Source: Candidatus Latescibacterota bacterium
GTDB taxonomy: Bacteria > Latescibacterota > UBA2968 > UBA8231
Assembly (NCBI GenBank): GCA_965242865.1
Contig: CBDETK010000013.1
Coordinates: 2,144,001-2,208,000 of the forward strand
Direction: 5' to 3'
Length of the DNA: 64,000 nucleotides
Position numbers and translations under genes: made by a program. The notes beneath the pieces were generated by a model. That model had not been told where the DNA came from. It searched no databases and saw only the letters and a list, made by a program, of their open reading frames with translations. Below are positions 50,170 to 60,255 of this stretch, one piece after another. Position 1 is the stretch's first letter, and the number at the start of each line of letters is the position of its first letter.

Positions 50170-51822
50170 CTATTCAGCGCACAGTGTGGTCACCCGATCC
50201 AGCTTTTCCACTACTTCGGGGTGGATTTCGTCGGGCCGCATCTGGGCGGCCAGCAGATACAAGTCCCGCTTGGGGGTGGGCCGGCCCATCTCGGCGAGTA
50301 GTGGCACGAGGAATTCGTCGCTTGCCTTGACGCGCACCAGCGAGACGTGATCCCCAAATAGGTCCGTCCCGCGCGGGACCTGTCGCCAAAACGCCTCTTC
50401 GACCAATGGGAAGTTGGCGAACCGCTTGATCGCCTCGGGCTGCAACAGGTAGTTCTCAATCTCGTAGCGACGCCAGCGCAAGACGACCAAGCCGGTATGG
50501 GTCGTCTCCTCGTCCGGCTCGTCGCGGTTGTCGCCATCGAGCAGGCACAGGCCCGGCAGCCCGGGAAAGGCGGCCTGCATGGCGAAGAAGTGCTCCCGGG
50601 CTTCGCGCAGACTGCGACCGCCGAGCGACCGCACAAACGGCCGCTCAAAGAAGCTCTGCGCCGGATGATCGAGCATGCGCGCCCACTCGCCCAAGATCCG
50701 CTCGTCGGTCTCACTCTCGACGTACAGCACCGCGCCGACCTCGCGGCCCAACAGAAGATCCGTGGTGGTCAAGCGTTTGAGGGCTTCGCGGAGCTGGTCG
50801 CGCTGGACTTCGCTGACCAGTGGACGGGGCGATTCGCCAAAAAATCCGAGCACCCGCGTCGGCTCGGTCGCGTCGAGGACCACCTCGGAATGCGTGGCAA
50901 TGAGCACTTGCCCGCCGCGTTCGCGGGCCACCTTGCGAATCAGGTCGTACACCTGTCTTTGCAGGATGACGTGTTGATGGGCGTCCGGCTCGTCGAGCAA
51001 GATCACGGCCGCCGGGCGGGCGTAGAGGAAGGCCAGCAGCAGGAGCACTTGGAGCGTACCGCTGCCGGCGTTGGACAAATCGAGGGGCCTATCGCGGCCC
51101 GGCTCGCGGTATTCGCAGACGATGTACGGTTGGGCCGGGGCATACGACGGCGCGAGCACTTCGATTTGAAAGAGTATGCGGATGTGTTCGGCGAGCCGCC
51201 GCCAGTCTGCCTCGCTGTTCTCGGAAATTTCCCACAACAGGTTCCGCAAAATCTCGCCCGGTCGCCCCTGACCCACGAGCAGATCTTGCATCCCCCGGTC
51301 GCGCCGGGGCTCGTCGCGCTCAATACCGGCGAGCGGCGGGACGTGGACGATGTCGAGGGCCCGGGCCGCCGGGGGCGGGAACGCCCGGATGGCCGCCGGG
51401 TCGAGCTCTTTGGCCCGTAGCGGCCGCACGTGTACGACTTCGGGATTGGAGTACTGGAATTCGATCCCACACGTCCACTCCTCCCCGCCTGCTCCGCCCT
51501 CCACGACGATTTCGATCAGCCGCCGCGCCCCCGACATACCGCACGGGCCGGTGACCTTCCGCCCCTCCCACAATAGATTCATCTCGCGCAACGGCACAGC
51601 CGTAAAATCGGCCCGGGTTATTGCCACGCCGGACCGCCGGACCGCTCGGCCCCCCTCGCGCTGGACTAACCAGCGGTCGAGCCCGAGTTTCCACGTCGCA
51701 ATCGCCTGTAGCAGCGTGGATTTCCCGGCATTGTTGGGACCGGCGAGCACCACCGACTCGGCCAACTCGAATGTCTGCGCGCGAAAACGCTTGAATTTTC
51801 TAATGGTAACGCGCTGGATCAT
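50170..51822 (-). CDS. ABC-type AAA ATPase with TOPRIM-like C-terminus (OLD-like)
   Basis: GPNNAGKST, GSG signature, LLDEPDAH, ATHS; YVESETD, LLDGD, EIENYL. Confidence 0.8.
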   Translation of the reverse strand: MIQRVTIRKFKRFRAQTFELAESVVLAGPNNAGKSTLLQAIATWKLGLDRWLVQREGGRAVRRSGVAITRADFTAVPLREMNLLWEGRKVTGPCGMSGARRLIEIVVEGGAGGEEWTCGIEFQYSNPEVVHVRPLRAKELDPAAIRAFPPPAARALDIVHVPPLAGIERDEPRRDRGMQDLLVGQGRPGEILRNLLWEISENSEADWRRLAEHIRILFQIEVLAPSYAPAQPYIVCEYREPGRDRPLDLSNAGSGTLQVLLLLAFLYARPAAVILLDEPDAHQHVILQRQVYDLIRKVARERGGQVLIATHSEVVLDATEPTRVLGFFGESPRPLVSEVQRDQLREALKRLTTTDLLLGREVGAVLYVESETDERILGEWARMLDHPAQSFFERPFVRSLGGRSLREAREHFFAMQAAFPGLPGLCLLDGDNRDEPDEETTHTGLVVLRWRRYEIENYLLQPEAIKRFANFPLVEEAFWRQVPRGTDLFGDHVSLVRVKASDEFLVPLLAEMGRPTPKRDLYLLAAQMRPDEIHPEVVEKLDRVTTLCAE

Positions 51823-53947
51823 GATTGCTCTGGCTGGCCGACCCCATAGTCAGCACCCCGACGTAAGCGTCGTAGAAACTCTGAACATTGCTCACGTAAT
51901 GCACGGGTTGACCGCCGCGACAAAAACCGTAGCGCGCTCGTTGGTAGTACGCCGGCTTGGCCAGCAGCTTCATCGCCCGTTCCACGTGGCCAAACCACTG
52001 GTCGGGATTCCAGCCATTTTCGCGGGCCAAGCGGCGGGCGTCGAGCACGTGCCCGTACCCGACATTGTACGAGGCCAACGCAAAGCGCATCCGCTCGTCG
52101 AGGGGGATTTTCGGATCAAAGCGATCGACTAATTGGGCCATGTACTTTACCCCGGCGTGGATATTCTCTTCGGGATCGTGCAGATCGGTAAATCCCAACT
52201 CGCGCCCGGTAACGGGCATGATCTGCATCAGCCCCCGCGCGCCGACCCAGCTCGTGGCCTGTGGGTTGAACTTGGATTCTTGGTACATCTGCGCGGTAAT
52301 CAAGCGCCAATCTTGGCCGTACTGGCGGGCGTATTTTTTCACCAACTCATCGTAGGGCGACAGGCGACCGCTCAAATCGACCCGCAGCGAGTCCTTGGCC
52401 TTGGCGATGGTGCGCTTGTTTTTGAAGTACCGCTGCTTGATCACGTTAAAAAACAAGCCCCCTTTTTCCTCTTGGACGTACTGGTTGAGCGCGGCCAGCA
52501 AGGCCGGATTGTCCGGGCGCACCGCCCAGCCCAAAGCGGTCGGCTTGATGCTAAAGGCCGCCTTGAGTTGACGGCCGTAGGCGAGTTCCACGTCGAGCAG
52601 GTTGGAGTCGCACAGGGTAATGTCGTAGTGCCCCTCCTCGACGCTGGCGAGAATGTCTTCGGTTTCGAGGGAGTCGGGCAGGGGCGCGATTTGCAACCCT
52701 TCTATGGAGTCAGCGAGGGCCATCAGGGTGGTGTAAAAGGAAGAGCTGGGACGCACGTGGACCGTGCGCCCGGCCAAGTCCGCTAGGCTGGCAATCGAAT
52801 CCTCATCTGCGCGCACTACCACCAGCTCTTCTACCTCGTTGTACGGCCGGGTAAACGCGGCCTGCGCTCGTCGCTCCGCCGTGATGGTCATGGCCGCGGC
52901 CACCACGTCGCCCTTGCCCTCGTTCAAATACGCCAGCAGCCCGGCGTGGCTGTCTGGAATGACGATGTCGAGCCGCAGATCGTGCCGGTCGGCAAATTCC
53001 TTGATCAGCTCGTATTCAAAGCCCACCTGCCGGCCGCGATGAATGAAATAGGTCATGGCGTTGTTGCGCGTGATCATGCGCAGCCGCCGACGCTCTTTTA
53101 AGCCGGGCAGATCGTCGGTGAAGGCATGCTGGGGTTGGTGCGTAAAATGCCGGGCGAGCACGTATTCATCGACCTTGGTCTTGAGCTGGACATCGCCGGG
53201 CCGCATCATCAGGGCAATCGGGCGGTTTTCGGCCAGCACCAAGGGCGTGGCCATGCTATCGTAGTAGCTTGCCACCGCCCGCCACAAGTGCTCGTCGGCG
53301 ACCGTGGCGGCGTAGTCGCCGCGGACGATGCCTTCGACCAGCGGTTCGAGGCCGAGCGTTTCCGGCGCGGCGTGAATGCTCAACGACGGCACTTGACGCT
53401 GAATATCCACCAGGGTCTGGTAGTGCGAGCTGGAGCGCCGGACGCCGATTTTCATGCCGGCCAAATCCTCAATCGCGGCCGGTAGGCTGTCGCTGGCCGC
53501 GGTGATCAGGTATTCATCTACATAGAGATACGGCACGGAAAACGCCGCTTGCTCCTGCCGCGCCGGCGTAATCGTCAGACTCGCCGCGACGATGTCGCCG
53601 TGGCCGCCGAGGAGTTTCTGGACCATCTGGGCATAGCTTTCGACCTGTACCAGCACCAGTTCTAGCTTGAGGGCCTCGGCCAAGCCGCGGGCGAGGTCGT
53701 AGTCGATGGTCACCGGTTCGGCCGACTTGGGGAGGTGGGCAATCGGCGTTGCGGGAACGATGACCCGCAACTTGCCGTGCTGCTGCAATACCGGCAGATC
53801 GCCAGTGTATTGGGGAGGCGGTGGAGCTGGGGGAGTTGCCGGTTGGCTGCATGGCGCCAAGGTCGCCAAGGCAACGAGCCCTGCGGGCAGCAGCAGGCGC
53901 AATCGGTTGGGAAAACCGCGTCTCATGGGTGTCAGTGCATTGGGCAT
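51800..53947 (-). CDS. MltF-like lytic transglycosylase with two tandem SBP domains
   Basis: Two family-3 SBP repeats (LTIT..R), then QES.FNP, GARGLMQ, ASYNVG. Confidence 0.88.
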   Translation of the reverse strand: MPNALTPMRRGFPNRLRLLLPAGLVALATLAPCSQPATPPAPPPPQYTGDLPVLQQHGKLRVIVPATPIAHLPKSAEPVTIDYDLARGLAEALKLELVLVQVESYAQMVQKLLGGHGDIVAASLTITPARQEQAAFSVPYLYVDEYLITAASDSLPAAIEDLAGMKIGVRRSSSHYQTLVDIQRQVPSLSIHAAPETLGLEPLVEGIVRGDYAATVADEHLWRAVASYYDSMATPLVLAENRPIALMMRPGDVQLKTKVDEYVLARHFTHQPQHAFTDDLPGLKERRRLRMITRNNAMTYFIHRGRQVGFEYELIKEFADRHDLRLDIVIPDSHAGLLAYLNEGKGDVVAAAMTITAERRAQAAFTRPYNEVEELVVVRADEDSIASLADLAGRTVHVRPSSSFYTTLMALADSIEGLQIAPLPDSLETEDILASVEEGHYDITLCDSNLLDVELAYGRQLKAAFSIKPTALGWAVRPDNPALLAALNQYVQEEKGGLFFNVIKQRYFKNKRTIAKAKDSLRVDLSGRLSPYDELVKKYARQYGQDWRLITAQMYQESKFNPQATSWVGARGLMQIMPVTGRELGFTDLHDPEENIHAGVKYMAQLVDRFDPKIPLDERMRFALASYNVGYGHVLDARRLARENGWNPDQWFGHVERAMKLLAKPAYYQRARYGFCRGGQPVHYVSNVQSFYDAYVGVLTMGSASQSNHDPARYH

Positions 53948-54096
53948 TTAGCGCAAACTTTGCTTTGGGGCATCACAACGAATGATAGAAAAGGGCGGCG
54001 TTCTTCGTCAAGCCGTTTTGCCCCGGCCGCCCGGGTTGACGCTGCTTCCGCAAAGGCCCTTTATTTCCGCACTTGCTCTGAGGAGGATTGACCGCC

Positions 54097-55116
54097 ATGC
54101 GAACCCGTGGACTCACCGTCGTCGAGCCGGGGCGGATCGAGGTCGCAGAAACCGATCTCGACGACCGCCTGCACTCTCACGAAGTACTAATAGCAACCGA
54201 ATACTCCATCGTCAGTGCCGGCACCGAGGGCGCGGGCTTTACCGGCCTCGTCCAGCAGATGCCCTTTGGCGACGCCGGCCAGTATCCCCGCCACACCGGC
54301 TACGGCAACCTCGGCCAAGTGCTGCGGGTCGGCGACGCCGTCGCCGGCGTGCAACCGGGCGACCGCGTGCTGTCCTTTGCCCGCCACGCTTCCATCGTCA
54401 AGGCCGATGCCCGGCGCATGGTGCTGCCGGTCGCGCACGAGGCCCCCGGCCAGCACCTCGTGTTTGCGCGCATGGCCGGCGTCAGCATCGCGGCCTTGCG
54501 CTCGGCCAGCGTCCAGCCCGGCGACACCGTGCTGGTGGTCGGCGGCGGCCTCGTGGGCAACTTTGCCGCCCAGCTCTTCTGCCTAGCGGGCACTGACGTC
54601 ATGCTCGCGGATTTGTCCGAGCTGCGCCTGCGCCAAGCGCGGGCCTGCGGCATTGAACGCACCGTCAATCCCAGCCGCGCCGATCTAGCAGAAGCGGTGC
54701 GCGACTGGACCGGCGGCGCTGGTGCCCGCGTCGGCGTCGAGGCCATCGGCATCAGCGAAGTGATCGCCCAAACCGCCATGTGCGTCGCCCGCCACGGCGA
54801 GCTCATCCTCCTCGGCAGTCCGCGCGCCCCGGCCCACTTCGACGTGACGCCCATGCTGCTCCGCATCCACCTAGAGGCGATCCGCGTGATCGGGGCCCTC
54901 GAATGGCGCTGGCCCCAGCACGCCACCGAGCGCACCCGCGATCTCGACGCCAATTACCGCCAGATCGCCGGGTGGATCGCCGCCGGCCAACTCGCGGTCG
55001 AGCCGCTGCTCACCCACCTAGCCTCGCCGGCCGACTGTCAGCCCATGTACGACGGACTTACCGCCAACCAAGAGGAATACCTCGGCGTGGTCTTCGACTG
55101 GTCGCGCCTGAGCTAA
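54097..55116 (+). CDS. Zinc-binding/MDR-family dehydrogenase
   Basis: SIVSAGTE, VGD.V.G..PGDRV, GGGLVG. Confidence 0.85.
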   Translation: MRTRGLTVVEPGRIEVAETDLDDRLHSHEVLIATEYSIVSAGTEGAGFTGLVQQMPFGDAGQYPRHTGYGNLGQVLRVGDAVAGVQPGDRVLSFARHASIVKADARRMVLPVAHEAPGQHLVFARMAGVSIAALRSASVQPGDTVLVVGGGLVGNFAAQLFCLAGTDVMLADLSELRLRQARACGIERTVNPSRADLAEAVRDWTGGAGARVGVEAIGISEVIAQTAMCVARHGELILLGSPRAPAHFDVTPMLLRIHLEAIRVIGALEWRWPQHATERTRDLDANYRQIAGWIAAGQLAVEPLLTHLASPADCQPMYDGLTANQEEYLGVVFDWSRLS

Positions 55117-55135
55117 TCGTGTCAACGCACTACCC

Positions 55136-55402
55136 ATGAAACATATCGAAATTGTCGATGGGGCATTGAACAGCCGCTTTGAACTATACGCTGTGACCGA
55201 TCAGGTCTTTGATTTGCTATTTCCGACAAAAAAAGACGAAATATACCTCGAAGACCTGAGCAAAGAACTGCAAGAGAATGCAGCCTTCTGGGACCAAGTG
55301 TACGCCCGAGAGGTGGACCGACGCACCGTTCAGGGAATTCACGGCATCCTTCACACGCATCCCAAAGCGAAAATTTCCATTCTAGAACAAACCGCTGGTT
55401 AA
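55136..55402 (+). CDS. Hypothetical protein
   Basis: 88 aa ORF filling the intergenic gap. Confidence 0.55.
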   Translation: MKHIEIVDGALNSRFELYAVTDQVFDLLFPTKKDEIYLEDLSKELQENAAFWDQVYAREVDRRTVQGIHGILHTHPKAKISILEQTAG

Positions 55403-55464
55403 ATAAATCGGCTAGTGACCAATCAAAATCATTTCCACACTTCCATCATTTAGGATGCTCCCTC

Positions 55465-57900
55465 TTGCAAGCACCTCCAAACAATACCGTGGCGGTTCTC
55501 GTCGCCACGGCCCATCGGGCGAACCTGCTGCTTCCCTCGATTGAGCACCAGTCTCGGCAGCCGGTGCGCGTGGTCGTCGTTGATGACTCGGGCGACGATG
55601 CCGCCGCAGAACGGACCGAACGACTGGTTCGGGATTGGCAACCGGCCGGCATTGACGCGGACTTTCTTCGCAATCAGCGCACGAAGGGCGCAGCCGGCAC
55701 GTGGAACTCCGGCCTAGATCACCTGTTGCGGATGTGTAGCGACCCCGAGCGGCTCTACGTCGCGATCTTGGCTGATGACGATCAATGGGATCCACACCAC
55801 TTGGAGAGATGTCTGGCGACCGCCGAGAGTTTCGGTCTCGATATGATCGCGGCGCAGTTCTGGAGAATTGAGGAGAACGCCGAACCGCGTCTGGTGGTTC
55901 CGCCCCGGTCGCTCGACATGGCGAACTTCTTAGCGGGAAACCCGGGGATTCAGGGCAGCAACTTGGTTTGCCGGCTGAACGTACTGCTCGAAGCCGGCCT
56001 GTTTGACGAATCGCTGCGGAGCTGTATGGACCACGACCTGTGCATCCGCATTGCGGAGTTGCCCGGGGTGCGCTACGGCATCACTTCCGAGCCAACCGTT
56101 TATCATTTCGCTTGTAGCTCCACGCCGGGGTCGACCGCCAAGACTGACGGCCTCGATCGATTCTTCCGCAAGTACTGCGGCCGCATGTCTGGTGCCGAAC
56201 GGACGGAGTTTCGGAGGCGGGCCAACAGGCTTTTCGGGTGGCAGGAATCGGCACTCGAGTCTGCGGTCACCAGTGCGGGGCACCATGGCACGCCCCGGCC
56301 GCTGACATCGGCCCCGCCCCGGCCGCACCTAATCGTCGGCATGATCGCCGACACGGAGCAACTCGAAAACGCCGGCAATCTACTCGCCGATCTTCGCGAA
56401 CTCGCCGAGGATTCGGGTTTATCGGGCCACGATGTCCTGATTCTGGAAAACGGTTGCGGCAGGACGCCCAATGTGGCGCTGCGGTACCTTGTCGAAAGCG
56501 AGCGCAAGCACGGTCTACGGGTGCATCTCGTCGATCGCGCACGGCATATACGAGACGCCGCGAACGGGCTGGTTATCGACAGCGGCGCAAGCCGAGGCCG
56601 CAAACTGCCCATCGCCCCTGCCCGGACGGTATTGCAGTCCTATTTGTACGCGTTCGCCAAGGGCCAAGCCGGCGCGATAGTATGGATCGTTGATGACGAC
56701 ATGCGGCTAGATCCGCTCGTCATTGAAGAAGACGGACGGCTACAGCGGCGATCGTGGGCACTCGCGCCGGTGCTGCGGGAACTTCGCCGGCTTCGCGCTG
56801 GCGGCACTATCGATATCGCCATCGGGATATGTACCGGTGCTCCGCCAGTCCCGTTTGCAGCTACCGTGCGGGTTCAACTTGTTGATCTGGTCGCGTCGTT
56901 GTGGTGGTTGTCGTCTCAGGACCCGCAGGCGGCCTTACCGGACCGCGGTGTGGAGAACGCGGAACAGCGGTCCGGCCGGCGCGATTACTATTACGATTTA
57001 TCGCACGACGAAACGGATCGGTTGGAAACTCCGTTCTGGATCACTCCAACGTTTCCCGGCGAGCGTGTCGGCGAGGCGTTCGAGCGCGTGGTCGGTGCGG
57101 CTGAGCGAATTTTAGCTGGAGAACAGCTTTTCCGCCCCCTCGCCGTTGCTGCCGGCATTGACCCACTGGAATCCATCGACGATGGACTTCAGCGCGGCGG
57201 CAATACCTTCGTTCTCGATGTCGAGACACTGAGGTTAGCCCCCAATCCTTCACCGATCATTGACGGCCGGCCGAGCCGACGCTCCGACATGGTTTGGGCG
57301 TTGATGCAAAAACAATACTTTGGCAAGCGCGTCGTCACCGTGCCGATTGCCTTGTATCACGATAGATCCCGCGTCCCTGCCGGCAAGCTGGATGTCGAAC
57401 GTATTGTGGACGACATTCGCGGCTATGCGATGTTCTCGGCACTGAAGGACATTCCCGAAGTGTTCACGGTCGCTGATGGCTATCGCATCGCTCTGGCAGA
57501 AGGAAAAATTGACCACTTTGCCGGTCGCGTCCACAAGTACCTCGAAGAACGGCTGGCGGTGTTTCACCTATCGTTCTACCGCATCCGCGGTCTGACGTGC
57601 GTTCTGCGGCAACTTGTGGACGCCGAAGCGATCTGGTGGCAAGGAGAGGAGTTCCAAGCATCTAGAGAACGGCTCAGAAGGTTTTGTGATCTTTTAGATC
57701 ACTCTTACGAGGACGGGGTTTTGGACCATATCAAAAGCAAGGCGGGCGTTCGGGATGCTCGCCAAATCCGAGAATTTCTCGAACAACTGCCGGTAGAAAT
57801 CGAGCTCCATCGAAATCGGACCTTGAAATTTTCCGCATCGGCGCATAACTTAGTTGAGTACTTGGGCCAACCGACCGTCCCTCGGGATAGACAGTTATGA
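55465..57900 (+). CDS. Large glycosyltransferase (GT2 domain + second GT-A-like domain)
   Basis: VVVVDDS, GAAGTWNSGL, LADDD, GLFDE.L....D.DLCIR; second WIVDDDMRL motif; start uncertain. Confidence 0.78.
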   Translation: MQAPPNNTVAVLVATAHRANLLLPSIEHQSRQPVRVVVVDDSGDDAAAERTERLVRDWQPAGIDADFLRNQRTKGAAGTWNSGLDHLLRMCSDPERLYVAILADDDQWDPHHLERCLATAESFGLDMIAAQFWRIEENAEPRLVVPPRSLDMANFLAGNPGIQGSNLVCRLNVLLEAGLFDESLRSCMDHDLCIRIAELPGVRYGITSEPTVYHFACSSTPGSTAKTDGLDRFFRKYCGRMSGAERTEFRRRANRLFGWQESALESAVTSAGHHGTPRPLTSAPPRPHLIVGMIADTEQLENAGNLLADLRELAEDSGLSGHDVLILENGCGRTPNVALRYLVESERKHGLRVHLVDRARHIRDAANGLVIDSGASRGRKLPIAPARTVLQSYLYAFAKGQAGAIVWIVDDDMRLDPLVIEEDGRLQRRSWALAPVLRELRRLRAGGTIDIAIGICTGAPPVPFAATVRVQLVDLVASLWWLSSQDPQAALPDRGVENAEQRSGRRDYYYDLSHDETDRLETPFWITPTFPGERVGEAFERVVGAAERILAGEQLFRPLAVAAGIDPLESIDDGLQRGGNTFVLDVETLRLAPNPSPIIDGRPSRRSDMVWALMQKQYFGKRVVTVPIALYHDRSRVPAGKLDVERIVDDIRGYAMFSALKDIPEVFTVADGYRIALAEGKIDHFAGRVHKYLEERLAVFHLSFYRIRGLTCVLRQLVDAEAIWWQGEEFQASRERLRRFCDLLDHSYEDGVLDHIKSKAGVRDARQIREFLEQLPVEIELHRNRTLKFSASAHNLVEYLGQPTVPRDRQL

Positions 57901-58667
57901 AATCGCTTCCATATCAAAAATTTGTGATTGTTTGCACTGCCCGAACAGGATCGACGATGCTCTACTCTTATCTTAATTCACATCCTGAAATTCTTTGTTT
58001 AAGCAGCGTTTATGATCGAAGTGATAGAATTAACTTTGGGAAATTCTACGGATGTTTACCTAATGTCTGTTGGGACAGGCAACTTGTGGAAGCAAGAGAC
58101 AAAAATCCAGTTGATTTTCTTGCAACCTATATCTTCAAAACATTTTCAATACGGTACAAGGCTGTTGGCTTCAAATACTTTTACTACAATGACAGATTCC
58201 TCCATAGTAAAAGTGACCTCGTTGACTACTTCAAAATCAACACAGATATAAAATTTTTACACATAAAGAGAAAAAATCTTTTAGCATCTTTATTTTCGTA
58301 TAAAAGAGCATTAAGCCAAGATAAGTGGATAAATGCAGATATTGAATTCAAAACTGAAATTTGTATTTCGGAATGTGAGCGGTATTTCAAGACTACCATT
58401 GATCAGCAAAAACGCTTTGACCATTTTTTTGGAAAGAGAATTTTTCAAATCACGTACGAAGATTTTGAATTGTGCCCTCACCCTCAAAAAACACTTATCG
58501 ATCTACAAAAATTTATTGGAGTTTCACCCATCAGATTGAAAACAGAGATAATTAAAAACAAAAACAAGAAACTTTCTGAAGCAATCACGAACTTTGCTGA
58601 ACTGAAATCGCATTTTAAGAAGACGGAGTATTCTGCCTACTTCAACCAACACGGAGGAGACCGATGA
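57897..58667 (+). CDS. Sulfotransferase (Stf0-like)
   Basis: ARTGSTML..LNSHP, GFK, KRKNLLASLFS, ITYED; very AT-rich. Confidence 0.82.
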   Translation: MKSLPYQKFVIVCTARTGSTMLYSYLNSHPEILCLSSVYDRSDRINFGKFYGCLPNVCWDRQLVEARDKNPVDFLATYIFKTFSIRYKAVGFKYFYYNDRFLHSKSDLVDYFKINTDIKFLHIKRKNLLASLFSYKRALSQDKWINADIEFKTEICISECERYFKTTIDQQKRFDHFFGKRIFQITYEDFELCPHPQKTLIDLQKFIGVSPIRLKTEIIKNKNKKLSEAITNFAELKSHFKKTEYSAYFNQHGGDR

Positions 58668-59503
58668 TGTTCAATAAGCACTGGACCGAGAAAGAACACG
58701 CAGAGTGCAAAGCCATAGTGGCCAGATGGGTGTCTTTGCAGGCGACGGAGAATAATCCGACTGGTATGGATGCCATTTCAAATCAAGTGGTGAACCACTT
58801 GAAGGATTCCGATTTTCAAGTCGAGAGAATCGAAAATCCGAATGCTTTATACCGGCCTCTCATCGTTGCCAAACGAGAAAGCAATCCCAGCGGACCGTGG
58901 TTGGGCTTCTTCGGTCATTACGACGTAGAACCTGCAGACGCAAGTGAGTGGTCGTATAATCCTTGGGAACTGACGGATGTCGATGGACGCTGGGGAGGTA
59001 GAGGCGTCGGCGATAACCTAGTTCCGCTGGCGCAACGTCTCGTGTTGTTCAAGAGCTTGGATCGCCGTGTCAATCTCGCCTGCTACCTACAGGGCGAGGA
59101 GGAGATCGGAAGTCCGTTCGCCAGGGAGATGTACGCTACCCTTGACGTCTCGAATATCGCATTGTGGATTGAGGAGACGGGATATTTCTACAATGACGGA
59201 AGGCAACGATTTCTGATTCAGAACGACAATAGCCTTCTTCGTAGGGTACTCGACGAATTGCAGAAAACCCTTATTGAGGATGGACGAGCATGGACTATCC
59301 TCAATCGGCCCTTGAACAAAGCGCAGGGAAACGACCGATGTCCCTGTCTCAATCATCTTCTGGGTGAAATCCCATACTTGGCAATCGGCCCCAATGATGA
59401 TCGCTTCGCCGTTCACGGAAGTGATGAATCTATCGATCCCGAATTGCTGCCGCTCTGCGCTCTTCAGCTCCACAAAATAGCAGAGGTGCTTATCCGTGGC
59501 TGA
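58664..59503 (+). CDS. M20-family metallo-amidohydrolase (short form)
   Basis: GHYDVEP, GRGVGDN, GEEEIGS, VHGSDE. Confidence 0.82.
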   Translation: MMFNKHWTEKEHAECKAIVARWVSLQATENNPTGMDAISNQVVNHLKDSDFQVERIENPNALYRPLIVAKRESNPSGPWLGFFGHYDVEPADASEWSYNPWELTDVDGRWGGRGVGDNLVPLAQRLVLFKSLDRRVNLACYLQGEEEIGSPFAREMYATLDVSNIALWIEETGYFYNDGRQRFLIQNDNSLLRRVLDELQKTLIEDGRAWTILNRPLNKAQGNDRCPCLNHLLGEIPYLAIGPNDDRFAVHGSDESIDPELLPLCALQLHKIAEVLIRG

Positions 59504-60251
59504 TCATCCGTCCGATTTGAATGGATTTATCGAGTCCGGTTACGCTGTGATTCGGGATGTCGTCCCCGCTGAATTGCGGAGCGGCATACAGGATGCCGTC
59601 GCAGCTCTGCAAGACGGTGCCAAGGGAATGAGCCAACAGGTCCTCTACACACACGCTGCCGTACCCAATGGCTCTCCCCCGTTAACCAACCTGATCGACC
59701 AGTGGCTCAATCCATTTCGCTTGCGAGGAGACGGTTCTACCGTTGACGCAGTAAATCAACTGCGTGGCATCGCCAAGGAGTTTTTTGGCGAGGAGATGCA
59801 GATTTTCCAAGATCTGATTTTTCGTAGGACACAGGCCCATGGACATTTTCCATGGCATCAAGACGCATCCTACTGGCCTGTCCAGTTCCGTCGGGGCGCG
59901 ACATTTTGGACGCCTCTCCGAAAAGTGAATGGAAGCGACGGAGGGCTTTATGTCGATCATGGCCATCGGATTGGACGGGCCGCCGCCGTCGATCTCCACA
60001 CCGGAGAAAAGCAGGATGGAAGTGGTCAACTTGAACCTTCAAGACCTGTCGCGCCTGAGCTTTCACCTGGAGATATTCTGATAATCGGCCCGACGACACT
60101 CCACCGTTCTGGCAACGAGATCGGCCCGGTCGAGCGGATCGTCCACGCATCAATCTGGCTCGATATGGATGCGCGATGGGACCATGAAGTTGCACCGAAT
60201 CACCCGATGTGTGCCCTCACGAAGCACGGGGAGCTACTTCGCCTAAGATGA
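59496..60251 (+). CDS. PhyH-family Fe(II)/2OG dioxygenase
   Basis: GYAVI, PWHQDASYW, PGD, LHRSG. Confidence 0.85.
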   Translation: MADHPSDLNGFIESGYAVIRDVVPAELRSGIQDAVAALQDGAKGMSQQVLYTHAAVPNGSPPLTNLIDQWLNPFRLRGDGSTVDAVNQLRGIAKEFFGEEMQIFQDLIFRRTQAHGHFPWHQDASYWPVQFRRGATFWTPLRKVNGSDGGLYVDHGHRIGRAAAVDLHTGEKQDGSGQLEPSRPVAPELSPGDILIIGPTTLHRSGNEIGPVERIVHASIWLDMDARWDHEVAPNHPMCALTKHGELLRLR

Positions 60252-60255
60252 GATA

